DNA from: an uncultured archaeon
Lineage (GTDB): Archaea; Aenigmatarchaeota; Aenigmatarchaeia; GW2011-AR5
Assembly: GCA_964394755.1 (NCBI GenBank)
Contig: CAYMYT010000002.1
Location: 1 to 30,832 of the forward strand
Length of the DNA: 30,832 nucleotides
Direction: 5' to 3'
Part shown: piece after piece, positions 18,442 to 27,700 of the stretch
Layout: each line of letters opens with the position of its first letter
Numbering within the stretch: position 1 is the first letter of the stretch
Translations under genes and position numbers: made by a program
Notes under the pieces: model-generated
The model's input: the letters and a program-made list of their open reading frames with translations, nothing else
What the model was told of the DNA's origin: nothing
Databases searched by the model: none

Positions 18442-19398
18442 ATGAAAGAATATATGCTCAAAAGCAGACTTGCCGAAGATGGTCAGACAATGGATTTTCC
18501 AGTATTAGAAAACGGTAGTTTAAGACCTCTTTTCAGGGCAGGTTATCATGTCTATACAGAGCAGCCTCAAAGAGACTACAGAGTAAGCGAAAATCTTGTT
18601 TATTTTGCTTTACCTTCTGGAACTGTGTTAGAAGTTGGGGAAATGGAAGTTCCTGTGCCGTTCAAGCAAAAAGGAGAAGTAAAGGACGTTAAGAGATTCA
18701 AGCTATCTCCTTATTCTGTAACAACAGATGGTTTAACGCTTGTAAAAATACATCCAAGAACACCATACAAATTAAAAGCAAGCGATGGAACAGCATATCA
18801 TTCTTTTGAGATGTTGGAAACGCCAGTTTCATATAGAAACCATAATGAAATGTACTTTGATTTTGTTCTACTTCCAGATAGCGAGAAAAGCAAACTTGAT
18901 AAAAGCAATGCGATATCCGAGTGGGCTATGTTAGAAAGAGGTAGTAAAGTTATCAGATTGCCGCGTGTTGTTTTATTTTCGGAGAATTGTGCATTTCGTA
19001 TCCCTGGCTGGTTGGCAAAAGAGTTTAATGGCTCTCCTGAATTTGGTTTTTCTTACTCACCATTTACAGAACCGAGAAAAGGTGAGGTTTTACATTATCA
19101 TCAAGAAATTATGGAGCCTTACTTAGGTATAGAAGGTAGAGTCCCTTTGTTTATAGTTACAGAAGATGGTAGCGAAACATTTACTTGCAAAGATTTAGAA
19201 GACACAGAAAGAACATACAAAGGTGAAGTCTTTGAAATAGGAAAGGGTGATGTAATACTTCCTTTGCCAAAAGTTTTCCACAAAATTTTATTTGATGACC
19301 GTGCTCAATTTCCATTCACACAATATTGCATAAATTATAGTTCAAAACCTCTAAACGAAGTTCCAACAAGCGATAGAGTAGTTCTTGAGAAATTATGA
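18442..19398 (+). CDS. Cupin-superfamily protein (possible bicupin)
   Basis: C-terminal cupin motifs LHYHQEIMEPY..EG and GDVILPLPKVFH. TATA box TTTAAATA at 18395. Start is 18433 (GTG) or 18442 (ATG). Confidence 0.7.
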   Translation: MKEYMLKSRLAEDGQTMDFPVLENGSLRPLFRAGYHVYTEQPQRDYRVSENLVYFALPSGTVLEVGEMEVPVPFKQKGEVKDVKRFKLSPYSVTTDGLTLVKIHPRTPYKLKASDGTAYHSFEMLETPVSYRNHNEMYFDFVLLPDSEKSKLDKSNAISEWAMLERGSKVIRLPRVVLFSENCAFRIPGWLAKEFNGSPEFGFSYSPFTEPRKGEVLHYHQEIMEPYLGIEGRVPLFIVTEDGSETFTCKDLEDTERTYKGEVFEIGKGDVILPLPKVFHKILFDDRAQFPFTQYCINYSSKPLNEVPTSDRVVLEKL

Positions 19399-19419
19399 TT
19401 CATATGAATGATGATTGCC

Positions 19420-19898
19420 ATGATAGATTTAGGAATAGCTATTCTTCCAGATGAAACAATAAGAGACTGAGTATACAACTAAATAGAGACCTACAATCGA
19501 TACATCCAACACCTCATTCTCTCGGAAATGTTTTTCGTCCACATCTTTCTTTATACCAAAGCACTTTTAGAAGCTATGAAGATGTGGAAGTTGCATTGCA
19601 GAGATCGGAAAACTTAGAAAGGTACTTTGCGGAAGCTGAAATTAAACTCAGAAATCTGATAGTGCATCCGTCAAATTTTGTAACATTTCAATGCTATACA
19701 ACAGAGGGCTTGCAAAAATTGCATGAAATAGTATTGTGTTTCGTTTCAGAAGTAAGATTAAGAGATGTGCCATCTATATGGGAAAGAAACAATGTCAAAT
19801 TTAATCCTGAAAAGGAAGAGAATATAAGACAATACGGCTATGCTGACGCGTTTGAATTTTATGACCCTCATTTCACTATAGGAAGAGTTGTTGAAAAA
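19420..19898 (+). pseudogene. 2H-phosphoesterase (2'-5' RNA ligase/DUF1045-like), frameshifted
   Basis: MIDLGIAILPDETIRD* stops at 19468-19470; the -1 frame continues LSIQLNR...PHLSL...PHFTI (two HxS/T motifs). Confidence 0.7.
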
Positions 19899-19984
19899 AT
19901 GAAATACAAGACAGAGTTAGATTTTGCAATAGAAAAAGCACGCAAAGCTGGAGAAATATTGATGCCTTATTTTGGAAAATTTGA
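19899..19984 (+). pseudogene. N-terminal fragment of an inositol monophosphatase-family gene, clipped at the repeat
   Basis: MKYKTELDFAIEKARKAGEILMPYFGK resembles the first helix of IMPase/SuhB; the sequence then runs directly into the 45-bp repeat. Confidence 0.6.
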
Positions 19985-20029
19985 GCGTGTTCAAAGATAT
20001 CAAAGGGATTTGCTTCGAAAGAATTAGTA
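19985..20029 (+). repeat. 45-bp direct repeat, right copy
   Basis: Identical to 18219-18263; overlaps the perfect palindrome AATTAGTACTAATT (20022-20035). Confidence 0.97.
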
Positions 20030-20034
20030 CTAAT

Positions 20035-20727
20035 TTATTTGTCTATCATAGATTTGAGCAACTTCAGTGCGCCAAAACTAATTTTTGCAACGCGTTCCAT
20101 ATCATCCTTTGCCAATTTTTCAATATATTCCAAACCACTTTCATGACCTATCTGAGCTAACGCTATGGCTGTGTGCGCCCTCACAAATGGAATTTTGTCA
20201 TTTACCAATTTAGCAAGATATTGAACTCCACTTTCAAGTCCGATATCACCAAGAGCTACAGCAACATGCCATCTTACAACAGGGTCTTCATCTTCTACTA
20301 ATCTGCCTAAAGCTTTAACAGATGTTTCATGTTGAAATTTCGCTAAGGCTTGCACTGCATAAGCTCTTATCACTGCATGCTCTCCGATCTTATACGTATC
20401 ACTAGTCATTTTTTCTAAAATTGGAATTGCCAGTTCGTTTCCAATCAATCCCAAAGAATATGCAACTCGGAATCTAACGTTTGCATGTTCATCTGCCGTT
20501 AATTTCTCCAAAATTCTGATTCCTTTTTCATGTCCTATTTTACCTAGTGCATAGGCGACATTCCATCTTATAAATGGTTGTTCATCTTCAGCTAATTTTC
20601 CGACTTGCTCAACAATGCTTTCTCTTTCATAGTAGCTTAGTTTACTGGCTATATCTGTTAAATCTCGTAAAGCACTTAACCTATTTCTAGGATCTTTATC
20701 TAACAGCAATCCTATATCTAGTTCCAT
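20035..20727 (-). CDS. HEAT-repeat (PBS-lyase-like) protein
   Basis: About 31-aa repeats: IRWNVAYALGKIG, VRFRVAYSLGLIG, IRAYAVQALAKF, VRWHVAVALGDIG, VRAHTAIALAQIG. Start moved to ATG 20727 because an upstream microprotein occupies 20744-20839. Confidence 0.88.
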   Translation of the reverse strand: MELDIGLLLDKDPRNRLSALRDLTDIASKLSYYERESIVEQVGKLAEDEQPFIRWNVAYALGKIGHEKGIRILEKLTADEHANVRFRVAYSLGLIGNELAIPILEKMTSDTYKIGEHAVIRAYAVQALAKFQHETSVKALGRLVEDEDPVVRWHVAVALGDIGLESGVQYLAKLVNDKIPFVRAHTAIALAQIGHESGLEYIEKLAKDDMERVAKISFGALKLLKSMIDK

Positions 20728-20743
20728 AAATTTACTCTTACGA

Positions 20744-20839
20744 TTATTTGCAGCATTCAAGAGCTTTTTTACCAGAGCCGCAACCACATATCTTTATTTT
20801 TAGCATTTTCTTTTGTTTTGCTATCTTTCTTTTTACCAT
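20744..20839 (-). CDS. 31-aa SEC-C-motif microprotein (not in ORF track)
   Basis: MVKRKIAKQKKMLKIKICGCGSGKKALECCK*; matches the CxCGSGKKxxxCC SEC-C motif and starts 2 nt after the upstream stop. Confidence 0.75.
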   Translation of the reverse strand: MVKRKIAKQKKMLKIKICGCGSGKKALECCK

Positions 20840-20841
20840 CT

Positions 20842-21090
20842 CTACACCTTTTCTAATTTTAGTTTAGTACCATCACAACACAGATCATATGTTTTCTTTG
20901 TCTTTCTCACAAGTAATTTATCAGATAGTCTTTTTAGTACCCTAGAAGTTATTTCTTGATGAAGGCTGGATTTATTTTTAATTGTAGTAAAATTCACTGG
21001 TCCTTCTGAAATTATGTTAAAGACTTTTTTCTCTCTTGAATCATCTAGAGATCCGATAACACCTGAACTTTTTTTATCACATTCGCACAT
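20842..21090 (-). CDS. Small winged-HTH protein with terminal Cys pairs
   Basis: EKKVFNIISEGPVNFTTI...LHQEITSRVLKRL..KLLVRK..TYDL; N-terminal CEC and C-terminal CC. Confidence 0.72.
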   Translation of the reverse strand: MCECDKKSSGVIGSLDDSREKKVFNIISEGPVNFTTIKNKSSLHQEITSRVLKRLSDKLLVRKTKKTYDLCCDGTKLKLEKV

Positions 21091-21180
21091 AATAAAATAA
21101 ACACAAACATATATTTATTGACTACATTCTGTAATTTATCATACCACTGTATATTCGAAGACAAACCAGATCCATACTAA

Positions 21181-21188
21181 TTTAAATA
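21181..21188 (+). promoter_or_regulatory. TATA box (TTTAAATA) upstream of the Cas2-fold-like gene/cdc48, embedded in CTAA/TTAG half-sites
   Basis: Consensus TATA flanked by ACTAA (21176-21180) and TTAGT (21191-21195). Confidence 0.55.
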
Positions 21189-21244
21189 CTTTAGTGTTTA
21201 CATAATACTAAATTTTAGGCTGTGTTAATCCTAAAGTGATACGT

Positions 21245-21589
21245 ATGCGTGTAACAATAAAAAGTAAGGCGAATGCTGTAATAATAAGTTTTGATACTCA
21301 TAGTGAACGCTTTGAAAGTCTATCAGAACGCAACAGATTCTTTAGAGGCCTATATGGATGGGAGCAAACAGTTCCAGGAAATAATCGTGTATACCGCTAC
21401 AGAAGACATGGTATACTTGATGACGTCCCACATATAAAAATAGCAGACTCTGCATTCATAGTTGAACTCGCTAATATGAAACAAGTTGAAAATTATTTCG
21501 AAAAGTGGGATAATAAGGTTGAATGTGAGATGATAGAAATTATGGTTGAAATGAAAAAGCTTTTAAGTAGGATGAGAAATTATGAGTAA
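21245..21589 (+). CDS. Small hypothetical protein, possibly Cas2/VapD/PaaX-central ferredoxin-like fold
   Basis: VIISFDT...ERNRFFRGLYGW...KIADSAFIV pattern. Start is GTG 21236 or ATG 21245. Confidence 0.55.
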   Translation: MRVTIKSKANAVIISFDTHSERFESLSERNRFFRGLYGWEQTVPGNNRVYRYRRHGILDDVPHIKIADSAFIVELANMKQVENYFEKWDNKVECEMIEIMVEMKKLLSRMRNYE

Positions 21590-21632
21590 GGGGTATAAGT
21601 TATTGTCGTCGAACGTGAGAAATTATGAGTAA
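21573..21632 (+). repeat. 17-bp direct repeat TGAGAAATTATGAGTAA at the cdc48 start junction
   Basis: Exact copies at 21573-21589 and 21616-21632. Confidence 0.9.
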
Positions 21633-23922
21633 TGTGGAAAAAGAAAAAGGTAACGAGAAACCTGAAATTAAGCTGAAAATTGGTGAACTTACTGAAAGAG
21701 GAGATTTCGGCCGAGGCATCGGAAGGATGACAGCCCGTGATATGAAAGCAATAGGTATCACAGAAGGTGACGTCATCGAAATCGAAGGTAAGAGAAAAAG
21801 TGTAGCTATAGCTGTTCGTGCATACCCAGCTGATGTTGGTCTTGATGTAATACGTATGGATGGTCTTGTAAGAAGAAATTGTGGAGCAGGAATAAGTGAA
21901 ATTGTAAAAGTGAGAAAAGCTGACACAAAAGAAGCTCGTTCTGTTACAATAGCTCCAGCTAGAAAAGGTATTATCATTCATATGGGTGGTAACATCTTAA
22001 AACAAAACTTGCTTATGCGACCTCTTGTTGTAGGTGATATCATCATACCAAACCCAGTTGTTCAGGATAAAAGAACACAGGGATCCCTCTTTGAACAGTT
22101 CTTTGGGGTGGAATTTGGTGAATTTTTCTTTACACCATTCGGGGAGGAAAAATTTGTAGTTGTAAATGTAGAGCCTAAGGGAATAGTTCGAATTACAAGA
22201 ACAACTGAGGTCGAACTGCTTCCGCAAGCAACAAAGCCGTTGGAAGCTGAGCGTGTACCAGATGTAACATATGAAGATCTTGGTGGTCTCCACGAAGAAG
22301 TAAAAAAAGTAAGGGAAATGATAGAACTTCCATTAAAACACCCAGAGCTCTTTGAAAGGCTTGGAATAGAGCCGCCAAAAGGTATACTTTTACATGGTCC
22401 TCCAGGTTGTGGAAAAACCTTGTTGGCAAAAGCAGTAGCCAATGAAAGTGGTGCTCGTTTCATAGTGATTAATGGCCCGGAGGTAATGAGTAAATTTTAT
22501 GGCGAGTCGGAGGAAAACCTTCGTAAGGTTTTCGATGAGGCAGAAAAAAACTCGCCAAGTATAATTTTCATTGATGAAATTGATGCTATTGCACCAAAAA
22601 GAGAAGAAGTCAAAGGTGAAGTAGAAAAAAGAGTGGTAAGTCAAATGCTTACTTTAATGGATGGCCTGAAATCAAGAGGCAAAGTAATAGTAATAGGTGC
22701 AACTAACATACCAAACTCTCTTGATCCTGCACTAAGAAGGCCTGGAAGATTCGATAGAGAAATTGAAATAGGTGTACCACAAAGAGACGGGCGAAAAGAA
22801 ATACTGCAGATACACACAAGAGGGATGCCACTTACAAAGAATGTTGATGTTCAGCGGATTGCAGATATAACATACGGATATGTTGGTGCTGATATAGCAG
22901 CCCTATGTAAAGAAGCTGCGATGCACGCACTACGAATGGTTCTCCCAGACATTGGTAGTCTGAAAGCTGATGCACCCATATCTCAAGACATATTAAAGAA
23001 ACTCGTTGTATGTATGGAAGATTTTGAATACGCGCTTAAGATAGTTCAGCCTTCTGCTATGAGAGAAGTAATGATAGAGATACCAAAAGTAAAATGGAAT
23101 GATGTAGGTGGACTTGAGACCACTAAAAAGCATCTAAAAGAGGTTGTTGAGTGGCCTCTAAAATATGCAGAATCATTCAAAAGACTTGGCATAAGACCTC
23201 CTATTGGTATACTTCTGTATGGCCCACCTGGTTGTGGAAAAACCTTGCTGGCAAAAGCAGTAGCCAATGAAAGCGGTGCTAACTTTATTTCTGTGAAAGG
23301 ACCAGAAATTCTTAGCATGTATGTCGGGGAAAGTGAGCGTCACATACGTGATGTTTTCAGAAGAGCACGACAGGTAAGCCCAGCAATAATATTTTTCGAT
23401 GAGATAGATGCCATTGTGCCAAAACGTGGTTATGGTATAGATAGCCACGTAACTGAACGTGTTGTTTCGCAATTATTAACAGAGATGTCAGGACTAGAAG
23501 ATCTAAAGGGTGTAATCGTTATTGCAGCTACAAATCGACCAGATCTAATTGACACCGCACTGATGAGACCTGGGAGATTTGATAAACAAATAATAGTTCA
23601 AACACCAGAAGAATCTGCAAGGTACCAAATTATTAAGGTGCACACAAAAGACACGCCACTAGCTGATGATGTCGATTTGAAAAAGATTGCAGCACAGACA
23701 GAAGGCTTTTCAGGTGCAGATATAGAAGCCCTATGCAGGGAAGCTGCAATGGGTGCAATGCGTCGTGATGTAGAATCGAAATGTGTTGAAAAAAGAGACT
23801 TTGATACCGCACTCAAAACAGTGAAGCCTTCTGTAAGTAACGATATGAATACATTTTACGAAAGCACACTGAAAAAAAGAAAATCCCAGAAAATGGAAGA
23901 AGACATGGCTTATACTGGATAA
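21625..23922 (+). CDS. cdc48: CDC48/VCP-family AAA+ ATPase
   Basis: N-domain (IRMDG..RRN), two AAA modules with [20 protein letters not shown] and RPGRFD, C-terminal HbYX tail (YTG, approximate). Confidence 0.97.
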   Translation: MSNVEKEKGNEKPEIKLKIGELTERGDFGRGIGRMTARDMKAIGITEGDVIEIEGKRKSVAIAVRAYPADVGLDVIRMDGLVRRNCGAGISEIVKVRKADTKEARSVTIAPARKGIIIHMGGNILKQNLLMRPLVVGDIIIPNPVVQDKRTQGSLFEQFFGVEFGEFFFTPFGEEKFVVVNVEPKGIVRITRTTEVELLPQATKPLEAERVPDVTYEDLGGLHEEVKKVREMIELPLKHPELFERLGIEPPKGILLHGPPGCGKTLLAKAVANESGARFIVINGPEVMSKFYGESEENLRKVFDEAEKNSPSIIFIDEIDAIAPKREEVKGEVEKRVVSQMLTLMDGLKSRGKVIVIGATNIPNSLDPALRRPGRFDREIEIGVPQRDGRKEILQIHTRGMPLTKNVDVQRIADITYGYVGADIAALCKEAAMHALRMVLPDIGSLKADAPISQDILKKLVVCMEDFEYALKIVQPSAMREVMIEIPKVKWNDVGGLETTKKHLKEVVEWPLKYAESFKRLGIRPPIGILLYGPPGCGKTLLAKAVANESGANFISVKGPEILSMYVGESERHIRDVFRRARQVSPAIIFFDEIDAIVPKRGYGIDSHVTERVVSQLLTEMSGLEDLKGVIVIAATNRPDLIDTALMRPGRFDKQIIVQTPEESARYQIIKVHTKDTPLADDVDLKKIAAQTEGFSGADIEALCREAAMGAMRRDVESKCVEKRDFDTALKTVKPSVSNDMNTFYESTLKKRKSQKMEEDMAYTG

Positions 23923-23977
23923 TGTTAAGATCTAACAGAGGCTTCTGTAGAGTAGAACAGTAAGATGGTAGATATAT

Positions 23978-24700
23978 ATGTTAATCGATGAAATTTTTGT
24001 TCACTACTTCAGTCAAAAAAAGGAAAGTACGCTTTTTTTCGTAGGAGCATTTTTCTCATTGATTGGATTTTTTCTAGGTTGGCTTCTTTTTCCAGGTAAA
24101 ATTCTACCGGGTGTTTTCTTTTCAACTATGCCTCTTGTTCCGATGAGTATAAAGATATTTTCTCAAGATCTAAGTAAAAAAGATATATTCGAGATCTACA
24201 TGTACATTTTTTTCGGAATGATAGTGGAGCTTACAATACTATATTCGTTTTTCCCTGTTGAGAGTATAGTTCCACTTGGTACATACGAAAACATACAATT
24301 CTCTTTACCAACTGCTTTCCAGAATTTCTCATCTATAATAGTGAATAACACAAAAATAATATTCCTAGGCCTTATTCTCTCGATGCTTTACTCAATAGGC
24401 TCGCTTTTTATAATAACCCTAAACTCTTTTGTTGTTGCGCAGCTTTTTTCGAATTTCCTTACATCAGGAAAGTCAGGGCTTTTTATAGCGTTTTTGCCGC
24501 ATACAATTGTAGAACTTAGTGGATATTTTTTGGGTGCAATAGCAGGAACAGTGCTTGCAAGCGCATTCATAAGATTTGAATATCGAAGCCATGAGTTTAA
24601 CCACGCTGTGCTGCAGTCAGCAATATTCTTCACTTTTAGTATCATGGCTGTAATATTAGGAGCAGTTCTTGAGGCATTTGTATTGCCAACTATTATCTAG
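23978..24700 (+). CDS. SpoIIM-like (DUF95) integral membrane protein
   Basis: Multiple hydrophobic helices; IIVNN, ITLN, LPHTIVEL..Y..AIAG, GAVLE. Confidence 0.8.
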   Translation: MLIDEIFVHYFSQKKESTLFFVGAFFSLIGFFLGWLLFPGKILPGVFFSTMPLVPMSIKIFSQDLSKKDIFEIYMYIFFGMIVELTILYSFFPVESIVPLGTYENIQFSLPTAFQNFSSIIVNNTKIIFLGLILSMLYSIGSLFIITLNSFVVAQLFSNFLTSGKSGLFIAFLPHTIVELSGYFLGAIAGTVLASAFIRFEYRSHEFNHAVLQSAIFFTFSIMAVILGAVLEAFVLPTII

Positions 24701-24744
24701 TTCCAAGCTAAAGGTGTTTTATACACCACAATACAAAATACATT

Positions 24745-27700
24745 ATGCTTTTGAGCAATTCAAGAATTAAGTTAGGTGTCTTAGTATTAACAATAACAAT
24801 GCTTATTTTACTGCTTTCCACAGGACTATCAGTTGTAGGTTATTTTAGATTACCTGAAGATAACATAACACTTGCTAGAGAACTTACTGGTTCTCTTCTG
24901 AATAGAATAGATGACTTAGAATTGGATTTGGTAACAGGAGAGTTTGATAGGATCAAGACAGAAGAACTTATTACTGTTGCTCAAAAAAGAAAAAACGTTA
25001 TGCTATCTCTAATCGAAGAAAACATAACTGAGGCAACAAATCTTTTCTTACCAGAAGATGTGAGGAAAAGATTACCAAATAGTGTACAGCCTTATATTGA
25101 AAACTACGTTAGTATTGAAGGTAGAGCTGAAATATTACATGCAGACGAATTTGGAAGTGAAATTAGCAGATTCCTATACTTTCTTGAGTCTAATGGTACG
25201 CAAGTTTCGCTACACTCCAATTCATCTCTAGACGATATTGAGCATCTGGACTCCAATGCTAAAGTAAGCGTTGCCGGATACAAGCTGGGAAATAAAGTTG
25301 TAACACTAGGTAAACAGAATTTACAAATCATTGAGGAAGCTGAAGACCGGATCATAGGCAACCAGAATATCTTGGTTATCTTTGCAGTAGAACATGGCAG
25401 TAACTTTAATTATCTAAATGAAGAAGTCGTAAGTAAAATTATGAGTAGTGCAAATGACTATATAAAAGAAGTATCCTACGGCAAAGCCTCGATAAAAGCC
25501 GAGAAAATACTTCCTGTATCAGTAAACGATGCGTGTTCTGCAAAAAGTGTTGTGGCTGCTGCTGATCCTCTGGTAGATTTTCAAGAATATGATTCAGTTA
25601 TGGTATTCTCACCTTCTACTGCTGCTTCTACGAAGTGTGGATGTGCATTCGGATACATTGATAAAATAACATGGGTTACAGGAGATGGAAAAGTAAAGAT
25701 GTCTTACGCTTATCTATCTGAAAATTGCTCGACTTTAAGGAACGTATTACACGAATTAGGCCATGGGTTTGGTCTACTACATGCAAATATGCTGGATTGC
25801 CAAAAAAGAAGTTTTGGAGATGTTGGACCAGATGGCTGTAAACCTGTCGAATATGGGGATTTCTATGATGTAATGGGTGGTGGTAAAAGAGTTGTTCATT
25901 TTAATTCGTACCACAAAGAAAAATTAGGCTGGATCGATGAAAACAAAATTACAGTAACTAGTAGCGGTACGTATATCTTATCACCAATAGAAAAATACGA
26001 TGGGCTTCTAGTGATAAAAATACCATGGGGTGAAGATTTTTACTACCTTGAATACAGAAAACCAATAGGTTTCGATGAAGATTTACCGACAAGTGGCCAA
26101 GATGCTACACTGATTCACTTTGCACCACGTTTTATAGGTCGCACCACATCTAATTTAGTAAGTCTTCCGCTTAGTGTTAGGGGTGAATACGTAGATAAGA
26201 TAAAAGGTATAGGTATAAAGTTTGTTGAAAATGGAGCCGATGCGAAAATAAAAGTAACACATTTCAATGACTTCGTAGACTTAACAGGAAAAATTGTTTT
26301 ACCGAAAAAAATAACTTTGAATACTAAGGAGCTTGAGGTTTATTTAACAAATCTCGGTACAGTTGATGCATATGGTGCAAATGTCACGCTTTTGGACTAC
26401 ACTACAGGAGAAATACTCGGCACTAAAATTGTAGATCTTGCCGCAAAAGAGTCAATTAATACAACTCTAGCATTCGCATCAAAAAATATAAGTGGATTGC
26501 ACGAAATTGGTGTTCGCCTGGAATTCCAAAAAGATTCTAACCAAGAAAATAATATTTACAGAACATTTTCGAGGGTTTTTCCAGATAAACCAGACCTAGT
26601 AGTTTCTATGCAAATAGACAAAACCAAAAAAGACGTTTCTGCTAAATTGAAGATAGAAAATCGTGGTGGTAAATCTGCAAAAGATGTCGACGCAAAATTA
26701 TATAGCAATGCTAAACTTATATGGAATTCAACAATTGAAATACCAGATGGTTACATATGGAGTGAAAATATTGATCTACTGCTTGAAAATGGTCCACACA
26801 CAATTAAGTTTTATGCGAATACTGAAGAAGAATATAATAATCAAGATAACACTATAGAAAAAGACGTATTTTTGTCAAGAAGTGAGACCATAGTTAATCT
26901 TAATATCAAAAGTAAAAATACAACAACTATTTTTATTCAAGGTATAGGAATTTTTAATTTTAGGCCTAATGACACCGACAGAACATTTAAGTTTTCAGAT
27001 GAACCGACAACAATAGCATTTCTTGATATTAATAAAAATAGTAATAGATATAATGCAATTTCTTTCGATAGTGTAACTATTTCCGAAAACTTGTCAGCTT
27101 TTTTTGAGCCAAAACGTGAGAAAACTGTTGGTCAAGATATTACCTTGTATACTGTTTACCCAATAAATGTTTCATGGAGTTATAAAAATATAGACATAAC
27201 ATTTATCGAAAATCTTTCAGCGTTGGGAATGCTTAATACCAGTGCAGCTGGAGTTTATAGTTGTGATAAGTTCAACTTTGTTACATACTTATGTAATTCT
27301 AAATGGTCTAGTTTGGTTACATCAAAGTTTGAAGGATTTGCAGCCACAAGACACTCTAATTCAGATACTGTAACTTTGGAAGCTTCTATTAAGGAAGCGC
27401 AGGCAGTCGCACTTGGTGAACCTAATTTTTGTGGTGACACTTTATGTAGTGTAAGCGAGAGTTGTAGTTCTTGTAGTAGTGATTGTGGCAAATGTCCTGA
27501 GCAACCTACAGTACCAAGTAGCATAGGTTCCAGGTTTGCATTTGTAATCCTACCATCAGGATCAGTATCACCAGAAGCAATTGTGACAACCCCAATAAAA
27601 ATCACAGAAACTCTAAAACCTGAAAAAATACATAAAGTAGAAGATGAATATGAAATAGCACTGAGTCTTGATGTAAAAAGACCTGAGATTGCCATAGATT

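Larger units (their letters stand above)
18219..20029. mobile_element. Putative inserted cargo segment bounded by direct repeats; no recombinase
   Basis: Plus-strand genes interrupt a minus-strand run, exact flanking repeats 1766 bp apart, and a gene clipped at the right junction. Confidence 0.6.

Noticed and set aside
20728..20787. N-terminal extension of the HEAT ORF from GTG 20787
   Set aside because: It overlaps the SEC-C microprotein in another frame; ATG 20727 is the more coherent start.
21245..21589. Calling this gene cas2 of a CRISPR-Cas system
   Set aside because: No cas1, other cas genes or array in the window; the resemblance is at fold-pattern level only.
24713..24727. GGTGT-N5-ACACC palindrome around a TATA-like sequence before the protease gene
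   Set aside because: Only 5-bp arms and a single occurrence; not distinguishable from chance.
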